From the NCBI GenBank assembly GCA_965248265.1, contig CBDFJF010000002.1:2144001-2208000 (forward strand): DNA of 64,000 nucleotides. The letters are read 5' to 3'. The translations under genes and the position numbers were made by a program. Origin of the DNA: Candidatus Latescibacterota bacterium (GTDB lineage: Bacteria; Latescibacterota; UBA2968; UBA8231). Below, piece after piece: positions 20,467-28,916 of this stretch (position 1 is the first letter of the stretch; the number at the start of each line of letters is the position of its first letter). Below the pieces are notes generated by a model. It saw only the letters and a list, made by a program, of their open reading frames with translations. It ran no database searches and was not told where the DNA came from.

Positions 20467-21372
20467 ATGAGCGCATTCCCGACCGACGAGATGGACGCAA
20501 TTGCTGAGCAGTTCGAGGGCCGTTTCGGCTTCTACGTGGAAGACCTGAACACCGGCATCAACCACGGGCACGATGCCGACAGACGGTTTCCGACCGCCAG
20601 TGTCTGCAAAATACCGGTGATGGTCGAATTGTTCCGGCAGTCCGAGGAGGGTGCGCTCGATCTGAGTGAGCGCCGCCGTCTCGAACCGACCATCTCCAGG
20701 CACGGCACCGGCACTCTCAGCATGCTCAACGATGACCCCGAGCTGACCCTCAACGACTACGCCCGCCTGATGCTCGCGGTCAGCGACAACATGGCGACGG
20801 ACATGGTCATGGCTGCCGTCGGGCTCGACAACGTCAACGCCACGATGCAGCGCATGGGATTTCCCGACACGACGACGCCATTGACGATGAGCAATTGGCA
20901 CTACCTCATCGTCGGTATGGGCGACGTGCCCCAGACCCTCGAGAACAACGAGGCGATGCACCGACGTCTCGCGAGGCGGGAGCTCGACCACGACGGCATC
21001 GCCTACCGGGATGTACGCGGCAACAACATGACCACGCCACGGGAGATCGCGACGCTGTGCAAGCGTATCCACGAGCGCCAGGTCGTATCCGGCAAGGCAT
21101 GCGACGCCATGATGGAGCTGCTGCTGAGCTGTACCGACCGGAGTATGATTCCCCTCCATCTGAACTGGCGTGAGCTGAGAATCGCCCACAAGGTCGGTTT
21201 CAGTACCCGCATCAAGGCCGACACCGGCATCATCTGCTTGCCGACGGGTCCGCTGGCCATCGCCGGCATGACTCTGGTGGAGGATGAGCACGTCGACTCC
21301 GGCAAGGAGACGATTGCGGAGTTGGCGCGGTTGGCCGTAGAGGCGTTTTCGCCGGAGAGCGTCGCCGCTTAG
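20467..21372 (+). CDS. Class A beta-lactamase-related serine hydrolase (cytoplasmic)
   Basis: FPTASVCK (SxxK), SDN, AHKVG; no signal peptide. Confidence 0.85.
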   Translation: MSAFPTDEMDAIAEQFEGRFGFYVEDLNTGINHGHDADRRFPTASVCKIPVMVELFRQSEEGALDLSERRRLEPTISRHGTGTLSMLNDDPELTLNDYARLMLAVSDNMATDMVMAAVGLDNVNATMQRMGFPDTTTPLTMSNWHYLIVGMGDVPQTLENNEAMHRRLARRELDHDGIAYRDVRGNNMTTPREIATLCKRIHERQVVSGKACDAMMELLLSCTDRSMIPLHLNWRELRIAHKVGFSTRIKADTGIICLPTGPLAIAGMTLVEDEHVDSGKETIAELARLAVEAFSPESVAA

Positions 21373-22124
21373 GACGCCTTTTCCTGCATGAGTTCCCCCA
21401 GGTTGCGAAGGTATTCATCCTGGGCTCGCTGGTCGAGCTTGGCACGTGTTGAATAATAGATCCCGCCCATCGCACGACGCGGCCGCGCGCTGCGGTTGGC
21501 GCCGGCACGGTGGATGGTGAGGCAGTGGTGCACGGTCAGATCGCCCGGCCCGACGGTGACGGCCACTTCGTTGGCATCATCTTCGTCAGACCAGTCCGTC
21601 ATGCCCTGTGAAAAACCCAACACACCCGATTGGCCATGTGAGCGCAGACCACGGCGGTGCGAGCCCGCCACGTAGCGAATGCAACCGTTATCCTGATTGA
21701 TCTCATCCAGCGCCAGCCACATGTTGACGGCTTCATTGGGCACGAGACAGAAATAGAACCCGTCCTGGTGTGCGGGCGTGGGCGAACTTTGTGCCGGCGG
21801 CTTGTTGAACCATTGCTGATTCTGCGGCTCGATTGGGCCGTCCAACAGCAACTCACCCAATTCAATGAACCTCTCGTCCTCCATGTACTGCTTGAAGTAG
21901 TGGTCGTGGGCATTCATGTGCTCGAGCTGCTTAAGCGTGTCGGGATGATCCCCCACCTCATAAAAAACGCTCGTCGCCGGCAGCCCGGGCACAACATCCT
22001 CTACGTACCGCGCCATCTGCCCATGAAGGGCGGCCACTTCGTCGGCTGTAAAAAAACCGGGAATGACGGTGTATCCATCTCGGTCAAACGTCTGTTTGGT
22101 TGCTTGTCGATCGTAGGTTGACAT
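21369..22124 (-). CDS. PhyH family dioxygenase
   Basis: FNKPP...TPAHQDGFYF, MWLALD, NGCIRYVAGSH, TIHRAGAN..RRA; SD AAGGAGG. Confidence 0.9.
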   Translation of the reverse strand: MSTYDRQATKQTFDRDGYTVIPGFFTADEVAALHGQMARYVEDVVPGLPATSVFYEVGDHPDTLKQLEHMNAHDHYFKQYMEDERFIELGELLLDGPIEPQNQQWFNKPPAQSSPTPAHQDGFYFCLVPNEAVNMWLALDEINQDNGCIRYVAGSHRRGLRSHGQSGVLGFSQGMTDWSDEDDANEVAVTVGPGDLTVHHCLTIHRAGANRSARPRRAMGGIYYSTRAKLDQRAQDEYLRNLGELMQEKAS

Positions 22125-22132
22125 CTGCCTCC

Positions 22133-22317
22133 TTACAGGTCAATGCCGGTCCATTCATTGGTAACGCCCCAGTTGGCTACTGCCGCCAGGGATCGATCCC
22201 TGATTACGCCGCCGCTCGCCCTCATCGAGTGACCCCTTTGGGCCCGGCCGTCGGAAACCGCGAACAAGAGGAAGCAGCGACTGAGCTAGACGCGATGTCG
22301 CGTCGCCTGGCCGGCAC
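22133..22317 (-). pseudogene. 5' stub of a FlgD-Ig family gene (paralog of 42290) fused to an unrelated 3' end
   Basis: Minus frame reads LLFAVSDGRAQRGHSMRASGGVIRDR versus LLCAVSGAQAQKGHRIRANDVVIEGR at 42290. Confidence 0.68.
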
Positions 22318-23937
22318 TTACAGTCTTTCCTCGAAGACCTCGACGCCGTATTTCTGGCGCAACCCGCGTATGAACTCGACGTATTTCAAGCCCGATCGGG
22401 AGCGGGTAATGTACGCCCCGGCACGCCGCTCCGAGAACGCGTTGAACGGCTTCGTCGTAGCGGGGAGCCGCTCGCGGACCACTAGTATGGTGTAGCCCTC
22501 CTTCACTCTGACCGGGCCGGCCACCTCGCCGATCGCCAACTCCTTAGCGATATCCCAACGACCGGGGAACACGGCCTCGCCATACTTGGTCAACTTGATT
22601 CTCCCACCATGCCCCGCCGCCGTCTCGCGGATGGTGTACAGAGACGCGAGCTCGGCCGGATCGGCACCCGCGTCGATCTGCGCGCGCAGCTCCTCCGCCC
22701 TGTCTTTGAACATCACCAGGATTTCCGTGGCGACGATGGTCTCGAGAGTCTGGAACTTCTCGGGGTGCTGCGCATAGAAGTTGCGCGCTTCCTCGACGGT
22801 GGGCTCGGGAATGAGGTCATCCACGCTCTGCTTGCGCACCCAGCTCACCAGCAGATCCTCTCGCTCGTCTTTCATCGCCGCCTCGATAGCCGGGTGGACG
22901 TCGAGTCCGAGGCGAAGGCCCTCTTCGAGAAACAGCCGCAAGGGCAGAATGTCCTTCACGAGAGAGTCGACGTTGTCTGCGTTTGAGAAGTCCGCTCTGG
23001 GTACCAGGGCGCGCAGATTTCCGAATGTCACTCGCCCTCCCGCGAAAGTGCACAGGACCTGATCGTCGAACTGGGAGCTGTCCGCGACGTCCCTTGCGAA
23101 CGCCTGCGACAGTTGTGCGATGGTCGGCTCAATCAACTCGGGCTCGTAGGCCTGGAACAGGGAGTCCGCGACGGTCAGGGCTCGCTCCTTCACCTTCCGC
23201 TCCAGGACTTCCCCCCTGACTATGTCCTTCACCTCCGCCAGCCGTACAGGCATTTCGTCCAGAATCTTGATCACTGCCCACTTGCCGTGAAACGCCAGGG
23301 ACTCTGACAGCTCACCGACTGCCAGTTTGAAAACCGGGTCTCTGATAGGCTCCGCGGCGGTATCCTTGAGATGATAAACGCCGGCGTCTCCGCCCTGGTC
23401 CCGCGTCTCGTGTTCTGACCGCTCTCTTGCGAGCTGGGCGAAAGGGACCCCCTCTTCCAGCTCCTCCAAGACCTGCGCTGCTTGTGCTCGCGTCGGCACG
23501 AGAATGATGGCCAACCTGAGGGCGCGATCTCTGTCGGTCGCGTGGAAGTGCTGGAGGAGCTCTTCCGCAGAGACACTGACTTTGCGTTGAATCTCCTGGT
23601 TGGCATAGCGCCTAGAAATCTGCCTTTCCCTGAATTGCAGCAACTTTTTTCGGAAGCCGGGTTCCCGGTCGATGCCCAGGCTAGTCGCCTCCATCAACAG
23701 GACAGTCTTGTCGACGAGGCTGCGCAGGAGAGCGCTATCGGTCTGAGCATCCTCGGCCGTCGCTTCGACGAGCCGCGCCTTGAACTGCTCGAAATCGGCT
23801 ATCGTGACGGCGCGGCCACCGACCTTCGCCAGAACGGTGGAGGGGGAGGAATCGGCCCTCACCTGCTCTGATGGGAATCCCGACAAGGCCAGAACCACCG
23901 CGAGGCCGCGAAGGCGCGTTGCAGATTTACGAAGCAT
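22318..23937 (-). CDS. SurA-like exported chaperone with two PpiC domains (paralog of 1706)
   Basis: Signal peptide, VLAKVGGRAVTIADF, FAQLARERS...QGGDAG, GEVAGPV. Confidence 0.83.
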   Translation of the reverse strand: MLRKSATRLRGLAVVLALSGFPSEQVRADSSPSTVLAKVGGRAVTIADFEQFKARLVEATAEDAQTDSALLRSLVDKTVLLMEATSLGIDREPGFRKKLLQFRERQISRRYANQEIQRKVSVSAEELLQHFHATDRDRALRLAIILVPTRAQAAQVLEELEEGVPFAQLARERSEHETRDQGGDAGVYHLKDTAAEPIRDPVFKLAVGELSESLAFHGKWAVIKILDEMPVRLAEVKDIVRGEVLERKVKERALTVADSLFQAYEPELIEPTIAQLSQAFARDVADSSQFDDQVLCTFAGGRVTFGNLRALVPRADFSNADNVDSLVKDILPLRLFLEEGLRLGLDVHPAIEAAMKDEREDLLVSWVRKQSVDDLIPEPTVEEARNFYAQHPEKFQTLETIVATEILVMFKDRAEELRAQIDAGADPAELASLYTIRETAAGHGGRIKLTKYGEAVFPGRWDIAKELAIGEVAGPVRVKEGYTILVVRERLPATTKPFNAFSERRAGAYITRSRSGLKYVEFIRGLRQKYGVEVFEERL

Positions 23938-24047
23938 GGTTATTTCAGTCCTCAAGCGTTTGCTTTCCATTTCCCGGCACGGATCTAGGATACACCAAGG
24001 AAGTGGTACCTCCAAAGCGAATCGCTCCCCGTGCCATTAAAACATTG

Positions 24048-25991
24048 CTACATATATCCCAGGATCCGTCCCTTGTCCACGGTGAGCGAGTAAATTGCAC
24101 CCCACATGCCCCCTACTACCACCTGTCCAAGGATCAATCCCAGAAAGAACGGTTTCAGCCCCTGAAACAGCTTGCCTCCCCCCACCTGCAGGATAATCGC
24201 CTTCAGCAACCAGGCGAGAAAGGCGGAGAACCAGATCGTGCTCGTCAGCCATCCCACTGCGATCACCATCCCGATGGGGTGCAGAGGCCACCAGTGCCAG
24301 CGGTACTGCGCCCACATCAAGAACCACTCGATCGCTCCGCCGATTCCCTTGAACAGCCATCCCCTCATGTTGGCGTCGGGCAGCTTCTCGATCGTCGGAC
24401 CTATGTGGGGCCAGCCATGGATGCCAGCCACTGCGAGCTGGGCCAGATTGATGGCACCGTGGCTGTAGGCCATATGAAGCGACATAAACAGAGATGCTCC
24501 GAGGCTGGCGATCAGAGCGATCATCAAGCCCCAGAACAGGCGGGTCTTGCTACCCCGTATGCTCTCGGCCAACTTGAGCCCGTTGGTGACGGCAACCATG
24601 GGCGAGGTGCGCGACTCTCCCTGCCAGATGAAGGTAAAGGTGAGGGCTACCAGCCCCTTGGCTCCCAGCATCGACGTCCCGAACCCCGATATGATGAAAT
24701 AGGCCGGCACGATCGGGCTGCGGGCCGTCGGCACACCTGCCGTTGCCACGACCCGGGCGACGAGCGCGAAGAAAATGAGGCTGACGATGACGAGCACCGG
24801 GACGAACACGAGAGGCACGCCCGAGCGCCACAGCCATATGCAGACGATGACGAAGCTGACGAGAAACCCGAAAACGGCAGTTCGGTAGCGCAACAGCTCC
24901 TCACTGTCATCCACGCCGCGCGACGGATTCCACGCCGTGTTCAGTACATCGCGAATGTGGCCGCGGGCACTCCACAATCCGAAGAGGATGAAGACGATGA
25001 CGGCGCCTGTCTGCTGATGGGTCAAATCTGCCGCGATCGGGTATGACTCGTACTTGCTCAGTCTTTCGGTGCTGGCGATACCCAGTACGTTGAAAATCCC
25101 TTCCTGCACCCTGCACAGGACGTAGAAGAACCAGACACTGAAGGTGAGCTCGAGACTTGCTAGATAGAAGAAGCCGATGTAGGCGAAGTTGACAATCAAA
25201 CCCAGCCTCACTGTGTCGCGAAACAGGTTGAAGGCGCCCCCTATGTGCGGGTCCGGGAGGAACGGCCAGACGAAGCTGAGCCCTTTCATGCTGAAGAACA
25301 CGAACGGCACGGCGAACCCCACCCACATGATCTTCCGCTTGAACAGCGGAGCAATTTGCGATGTCGTGCTGCTGTCGTCCTCGAGCATGCCCTGTGGCAG
25401 CTGCATCATCGGATAGGCCAGCCGCTCGTGCACCGACCACTGCCGGTGCAGGATGGCGCTCACGCAGATGAGCATGAAACCCATGACGACGATGAGGCCG
25501 AGCCAGTATGCCATCGGCTCCACCCAGGTCTCCCACGGAATCGAGGCTCCTTGCGGCAACCCTTCGTAGTATCCCTTGATCGCCTCGAGATCCTGCGGCA
25601 CCATCCACGTCGGTATGTGATCGTGAAAGAGCTCCTCGAACCTGTTCTCCGGAGAGGCATAGTAGTACGGGTAGAGGATCGTTCCGATAAGGAAGAACAT
25701 GAGACCCCAGGTGGGCACCGTGACCGCCATGAGGAGCATGCAGTAGATGAGTACGAGGTCGGCCTTCGACAACTGGAAGCGGCGGCCGAGATAGCCGACG
25801 ATGATGTTGACGAAGAGGATGCAGGCGAAAAAGAAGATGGCCCCCGGAGAAGAGGGATTGTAGCCGATCAGGAAGTACTCGTATACGACCCCGAAGGGGG
25901 CGACGATACCGACGGCCAGGCACAGAGCCGCGCCTAGAGCGAGCCCCTTGAGGCTGAAGGAAGAGTTTGTCACGCTATCGGTCGAGGACAT
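24048..25991 (-). CDS. DUF6785/DUF6784-type polytopic inner-membrane protein (intact)
   Basis: Many TM segments; YYASPEN, RQWSVHERLAYPM, WWPLHPIG, KPFFLGLILG. Confidence 0.85.
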   Translation of the reverse strand: MSSTDSVTNSSFSLKGLALGAALCLAVGIVAPFGVVYEYFLIGYNPSSPGAIFFFACILFVNIIVGYLGRRFQLSKADLVLIYCMLLMAVTVPTWGLMFFLIGTILYPYYYASPENRFEELFHDHIPTWMVPQDLEAIKGYYEGLPQGASIPWETWVEPMAYWLGLIVVMGFMLICVSAILHRQWSVHERLAYPMMQLPQGMLEDDSSTTSQIAPLFKRKIMWVGFAVPFVFFSMKGLSFVWPFLPDPHIGGAFNLFRDTVRLGLIVNFAYIGFFYLASLELTFSVWFFYVLCRVQEGIFNVLGIASTERLSKYESYPIAADLTHQQTGAVIVFILFGLWSARGHIRDVLNTAWNPSRGVDDSEELLRYRTAVFGFLVSFVIVCIWLWRSGVPLVFVPVLVIVSLIFFALVARVVATAGVPTARSPIVPAYFIISGFGTSMLGAKGLVALTFTFIWQGESRTSPMVAVTNGLKLAESIRGSKTRLFWGLMIALIASLGASLFMSLHMAYSHGAINLAQLAVAGIHGWPHIGPTIEKLPDANMRGWLFKGIGGAIEWFLMWAQYRWHWWPLHPIGMVIAVGWLTSTIWFSAFLAWLLKAIILQVGGGKLFQGLKPFFLGLILGQVVVGGMWGAIYSLTVDKGRILGYM

Positions 25992-26129
25992 TGCTCGTAA
26001 TCATCAACGGCGCGCCGTTTGCCGTCAATCTTGCTCTGTCAGTCGTTGTCCATCGTCAGGCTCGAGGATGTGGGTCGAGACGGCGGTACCGGCTTGTGGG
26101 AGCACGAACTTCCACTGTATCTTCTCGGC
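25992..26129. promoter_or_regulatory. Divergent promoter region with a 14-bp palindrome
   Basis: Minus: TTGACG(26028-26023)-17-GATGAT; plus: TTGTGG-18-TATCTT(26118-26123); palindrome AACGGCGCGCCGTT at 26006-26019. Confidence 0.5.
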
Positions 26130-28916
26130 GTGAACCCCGCCAGGACATTCTCCGTCGTCGCCGGAATGTGGTTGGTTAGCGCTGCCACCTGGGCCGGCAC
26201 GCAGGATTACGGCGCCCGCTTCGGCACCCAGCGGGGCGGCGAAGTCAGCTGGGAGCCGGGCGGCCCCGGCGTCCTCTTCGACGCTCTTACCCCGTCTTTA
26301 CACCATTGGTACATACCCCAGGAGTTATACGCCGAGTACCGGTGGCGGCAGTGGGAGTACACCAACTACGCCCGCTACCCGGCCGAGCGCTACGTGAATA
26401 CGCTCTTGGAGGGGGACTATTTCTACGATTTCTACGGCGATTTGGTGAGCCGCGGCTGGCTGATCTACGACTGGCGGCAGGACCAGCCCAAGCAGGATGG
26501 CAGCAGCCTATTCAAGACCAGCGAGTTCGAGCGGTGGTTCACCTCCGTCACGATTGGCAGCGACGAAAAAGGCCAGAACGCCTACGCCATCACCGTGGGC
26601 AACCGCATCCGCACCACCCTGACGCCGATGACGTTTTCCAAACCTACCTTTAACGGCGTGCAGGCGGACCTCCTCTCCGACAAATACGCCCTCACCGTGC
26701 TCGCATCGCGAATCAGCAATCCGCTGGCCGGAACGCTGATGGCGCCGCAGCGCCAGACGAACTCGACGAGTATGTTCGCCGGGCGCGCCACGGCGCAGGT
26801 AGGTGACTTCATCACCATCGGCGGCACCCTGGTGAATGCCCGCAACTCGAATGCTGCCCTCGATATGTTCGACGGCAACTTCGTGGCGGGAAATCTGACC
26901 GCCGGGCAGAGCGGCACGCAGGTGTCCGCCATCGCCGTCCTTCTCAGCGACGACTCGCCGGAGGATGGGAGAGGCGGTGCGGCGCTGTTCGCTCACGACA
27001 TCCGCATCACCAGCCGCGATTTCGACACCGGCGATGAGACGCTGTGGACGCTCGAGCAGGTGGTCCGCCCGGACGCGGAGTGGCCGGCGGTGTTCGGTGG
27101 CTTCGAGCGCGATGGATTCCTGGCCGCTGACGGCGACGAACGCGTCATCCTGAATTACGACTTCACCGACCCCGACTACATCGGCCCCGACGTGACCAGT
27201 ATCGTCGATGTGGAGTTCGACTACGTTCTGGCCAACGACTTCAAGATCGAGATGTGGTCGAACAAGCAGACCGGCCGTGGAGCGGTGCCGCTGCCACCGC
27301 TGACCGCCGACGTCATCGACGAGCGGGATCCGGCCTTGCTGCTCGTCAAGCGCGCCGCCGGCAACGTGGAGGACATCTCGAATATCCAGCTGGTGAGGTT
27401 CGATTACGGGCTGCCCACGGCGAGCGTCGTCGCCGGGTTCACGCTCGAGGGCAAGAATATCTGGGGAATCGATTTCTACAGCGAGTGGGATCGCAATTTC
27501 CGCTACTCCCAGTATCCCAATGCGGCCCTGTTCCACGCCAATGAGGGCCACGAGATATCGCGGCAAACCGCCGACGCCCGCTACCTCACCATCTCCAAGC
27601 AACAGGATCCGTTCTTCGCCTACGGTGAGGCCTACGACATCGACTTCGACTACGCCACCAGCGTCTTCATCGTGGACACGAGCGGAGACACCGAGTACGA
27701 CTCGCCTGGCGGGTTTGTCTACGAATTCGTGGAGGACAACGACGATCAGGACGCGCTGCCCGATTGGGTCCGCGCCGGCTCGCAGGCGGGCGATACGGAC
27801 ATCTTTCCCGGATGGGACGAGAACAACGACTTCATCTCGGATTTCAACCAGAACGACAACAGGGCGGTGCCCAACGCCTTGCCGGACTACGAGGAGCCCT
27901 TTCTGCGTTACGACGTGGACCGGCCGGAGTTTCTTTTCGGCATCGATCTGAACAACAACGGCTGGATCGACCGCTTCGAAGACGACGAGCTGCCGGACTA
28001 TCCGTACAAGGGTGACCGCAAGGGCTACAACGCCTTCGTGGGTACCCATCTGATGCCGGAGATGCGGGTGATGGTGGGTCGCACGGATGAGCGCATGCTC
28101 TCAGATGATGGCGCCAATGTTACCAACTACGGACTGCTCACGTTTGACAAGAGTTATCCCGGGCTGGGTCGGCTGCGCGCCTTCGACATGCTGAAGCGGG
28201 CGTCGGACACGATCCCGGACGACCGGCTGCAGGCGTCGGCCGTCCTCGGCGAGATCAACCGGCCGGTGGTGGCCGACATTCTGCCGGCACAGGACACGTG
28301 GATCAACACGGCCTGGTTGCAGTTCGACTACACTGCCATCCCCCAGATGAAGGTGGTGAACAAGCTGAAGTACGAGCTCTTCAACCATACCGACGGCGAT
28401 CCGCGCGATCTCACGAACCGGCCCATGGCCGCTTCGCCGAGCACGTTCGGGCTGATCAACAAGGTGGAGTACGACTTCGACCTCGGCCCCCTGGTGCTGC
28501 GGTCAAGGCTGAAGAGCGAGTATCTGCGGCGGGACTCGTTGGTGCTGGAAGAGGACGACCAGAACCACTGGCTGGGAATCGCCATGCTCACCGCCTCGTT
28601 CCCCTATCTGTCTCACAGCACCATCGCCACAGGTCTGGAACTGGCTCAGTTCGCCGATCGGACAGCGGACGAAGACGAGATGGTGGAACTCGGTCAGGTG
28701 GGAGCGACGGGGGATGAGCGCTCCCTGAACCTCGCGCTGCAGATGACGAACCAGTCGAGCTATGAGGGGTACCTGCTGACAACCCAGGTCGGCCTGCGCG
28801 TAGCGCGCATCTTCGCAGAGCGGGTGCGGGGGACGGATACGGGCGGGTTCGAGAAGGTGAGCAAGGGCCGCACGGAAACCACCAGCTTCATCGCCGTATA
28901 CGCCGGAATACAGTGA
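26130..28916 (+). CDS. Putative outer-membrane barrel-family protein (paralog B)
   Basis: GTG start giving signal peptide then QDYGARFG; conserved family motifs; ends in amphipathic strand TTSFIAVYAGIQ. Confidence 0.85.
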   Translation: MNPARTFSVVAGMWLVSAATWAGTQDYGARFGTQRGGEVSWEPGGPGVLFDALTPSLHHWYIPQELYAEYRWRQWEYTNYARYPAERYVNTLLEGDYFYDFYGDLVSRGWLIYDWRQDQPKQDGSSLFKTSEFERWFTSVTIGSDEKGQNAYAITVGNRIRTTLTPMTFSKPTFNGVQADLLSDKYALTVLASRISNPLAGTLMAPQRQTNSTSMFAGRATAQVGDFITIGGTLVNARNSNAALDMFDGNFVAGNLTAGQSGTQVSAIAVLLSDDSPEDGRGGAALFAHDIRITSRDFDTGDETLWTLEQVVRPDAEWPAVFGGFERDGFLAADGDERVILNYDFTDPDYIGPDVTSIVDVEFDYVLANDFKIEMWSNKQTGRGAVPLPPLTADVIDERDPALLLVKRAAGNVEDISNIQLVRFDYGLPTASVVAGFTLEGKNIWGIDFYSEWDRNFRYSQYPNAALFHANEGHEISRQTADARYLTISKQQDPFFAYGEAYDIDFDYATSVFIVDTSGDTEYDSPGGFVYEFVEDNDDQDALPDWVRAGSQAGDTDIFPGWDENNDFISDFNQNDNRAVPNALPDYEEPFLRYDVDRPEFLFGIDLNNNGWIDRFEDDELPDYPYKGDRKGYNAFVGTHLMPEMRVMVGRTDERMLSDDGANVTNYGLLTFDKSYPGLGRLRAFDMLKRASDTIPDDRLQASAVLGEINRPVVADILPAQDTWINTAWLQFDYTAIPQMKVVNKLKYELFNHTDGDPRDLTNRPMAASPSTFGLINKVEYDFDLGPLVLRSRLKSEYLRRDSLVLEEDDQNHWLGIAMLTASFPYLSHSTIATGLELAQFADRTADEDEMVELGQVGATGDERSLNLALQMTNQSSYEGYLLTTQVGLRVARIFAERVRGTDTGGFEKVSKGRTETTSFIAVYAGIQ

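Noticed and set aside
20467-21372. Antibiotic resistance gene
   Set aside because: No signal peptide, altered KTG and omega-loop region; only family-level similarity
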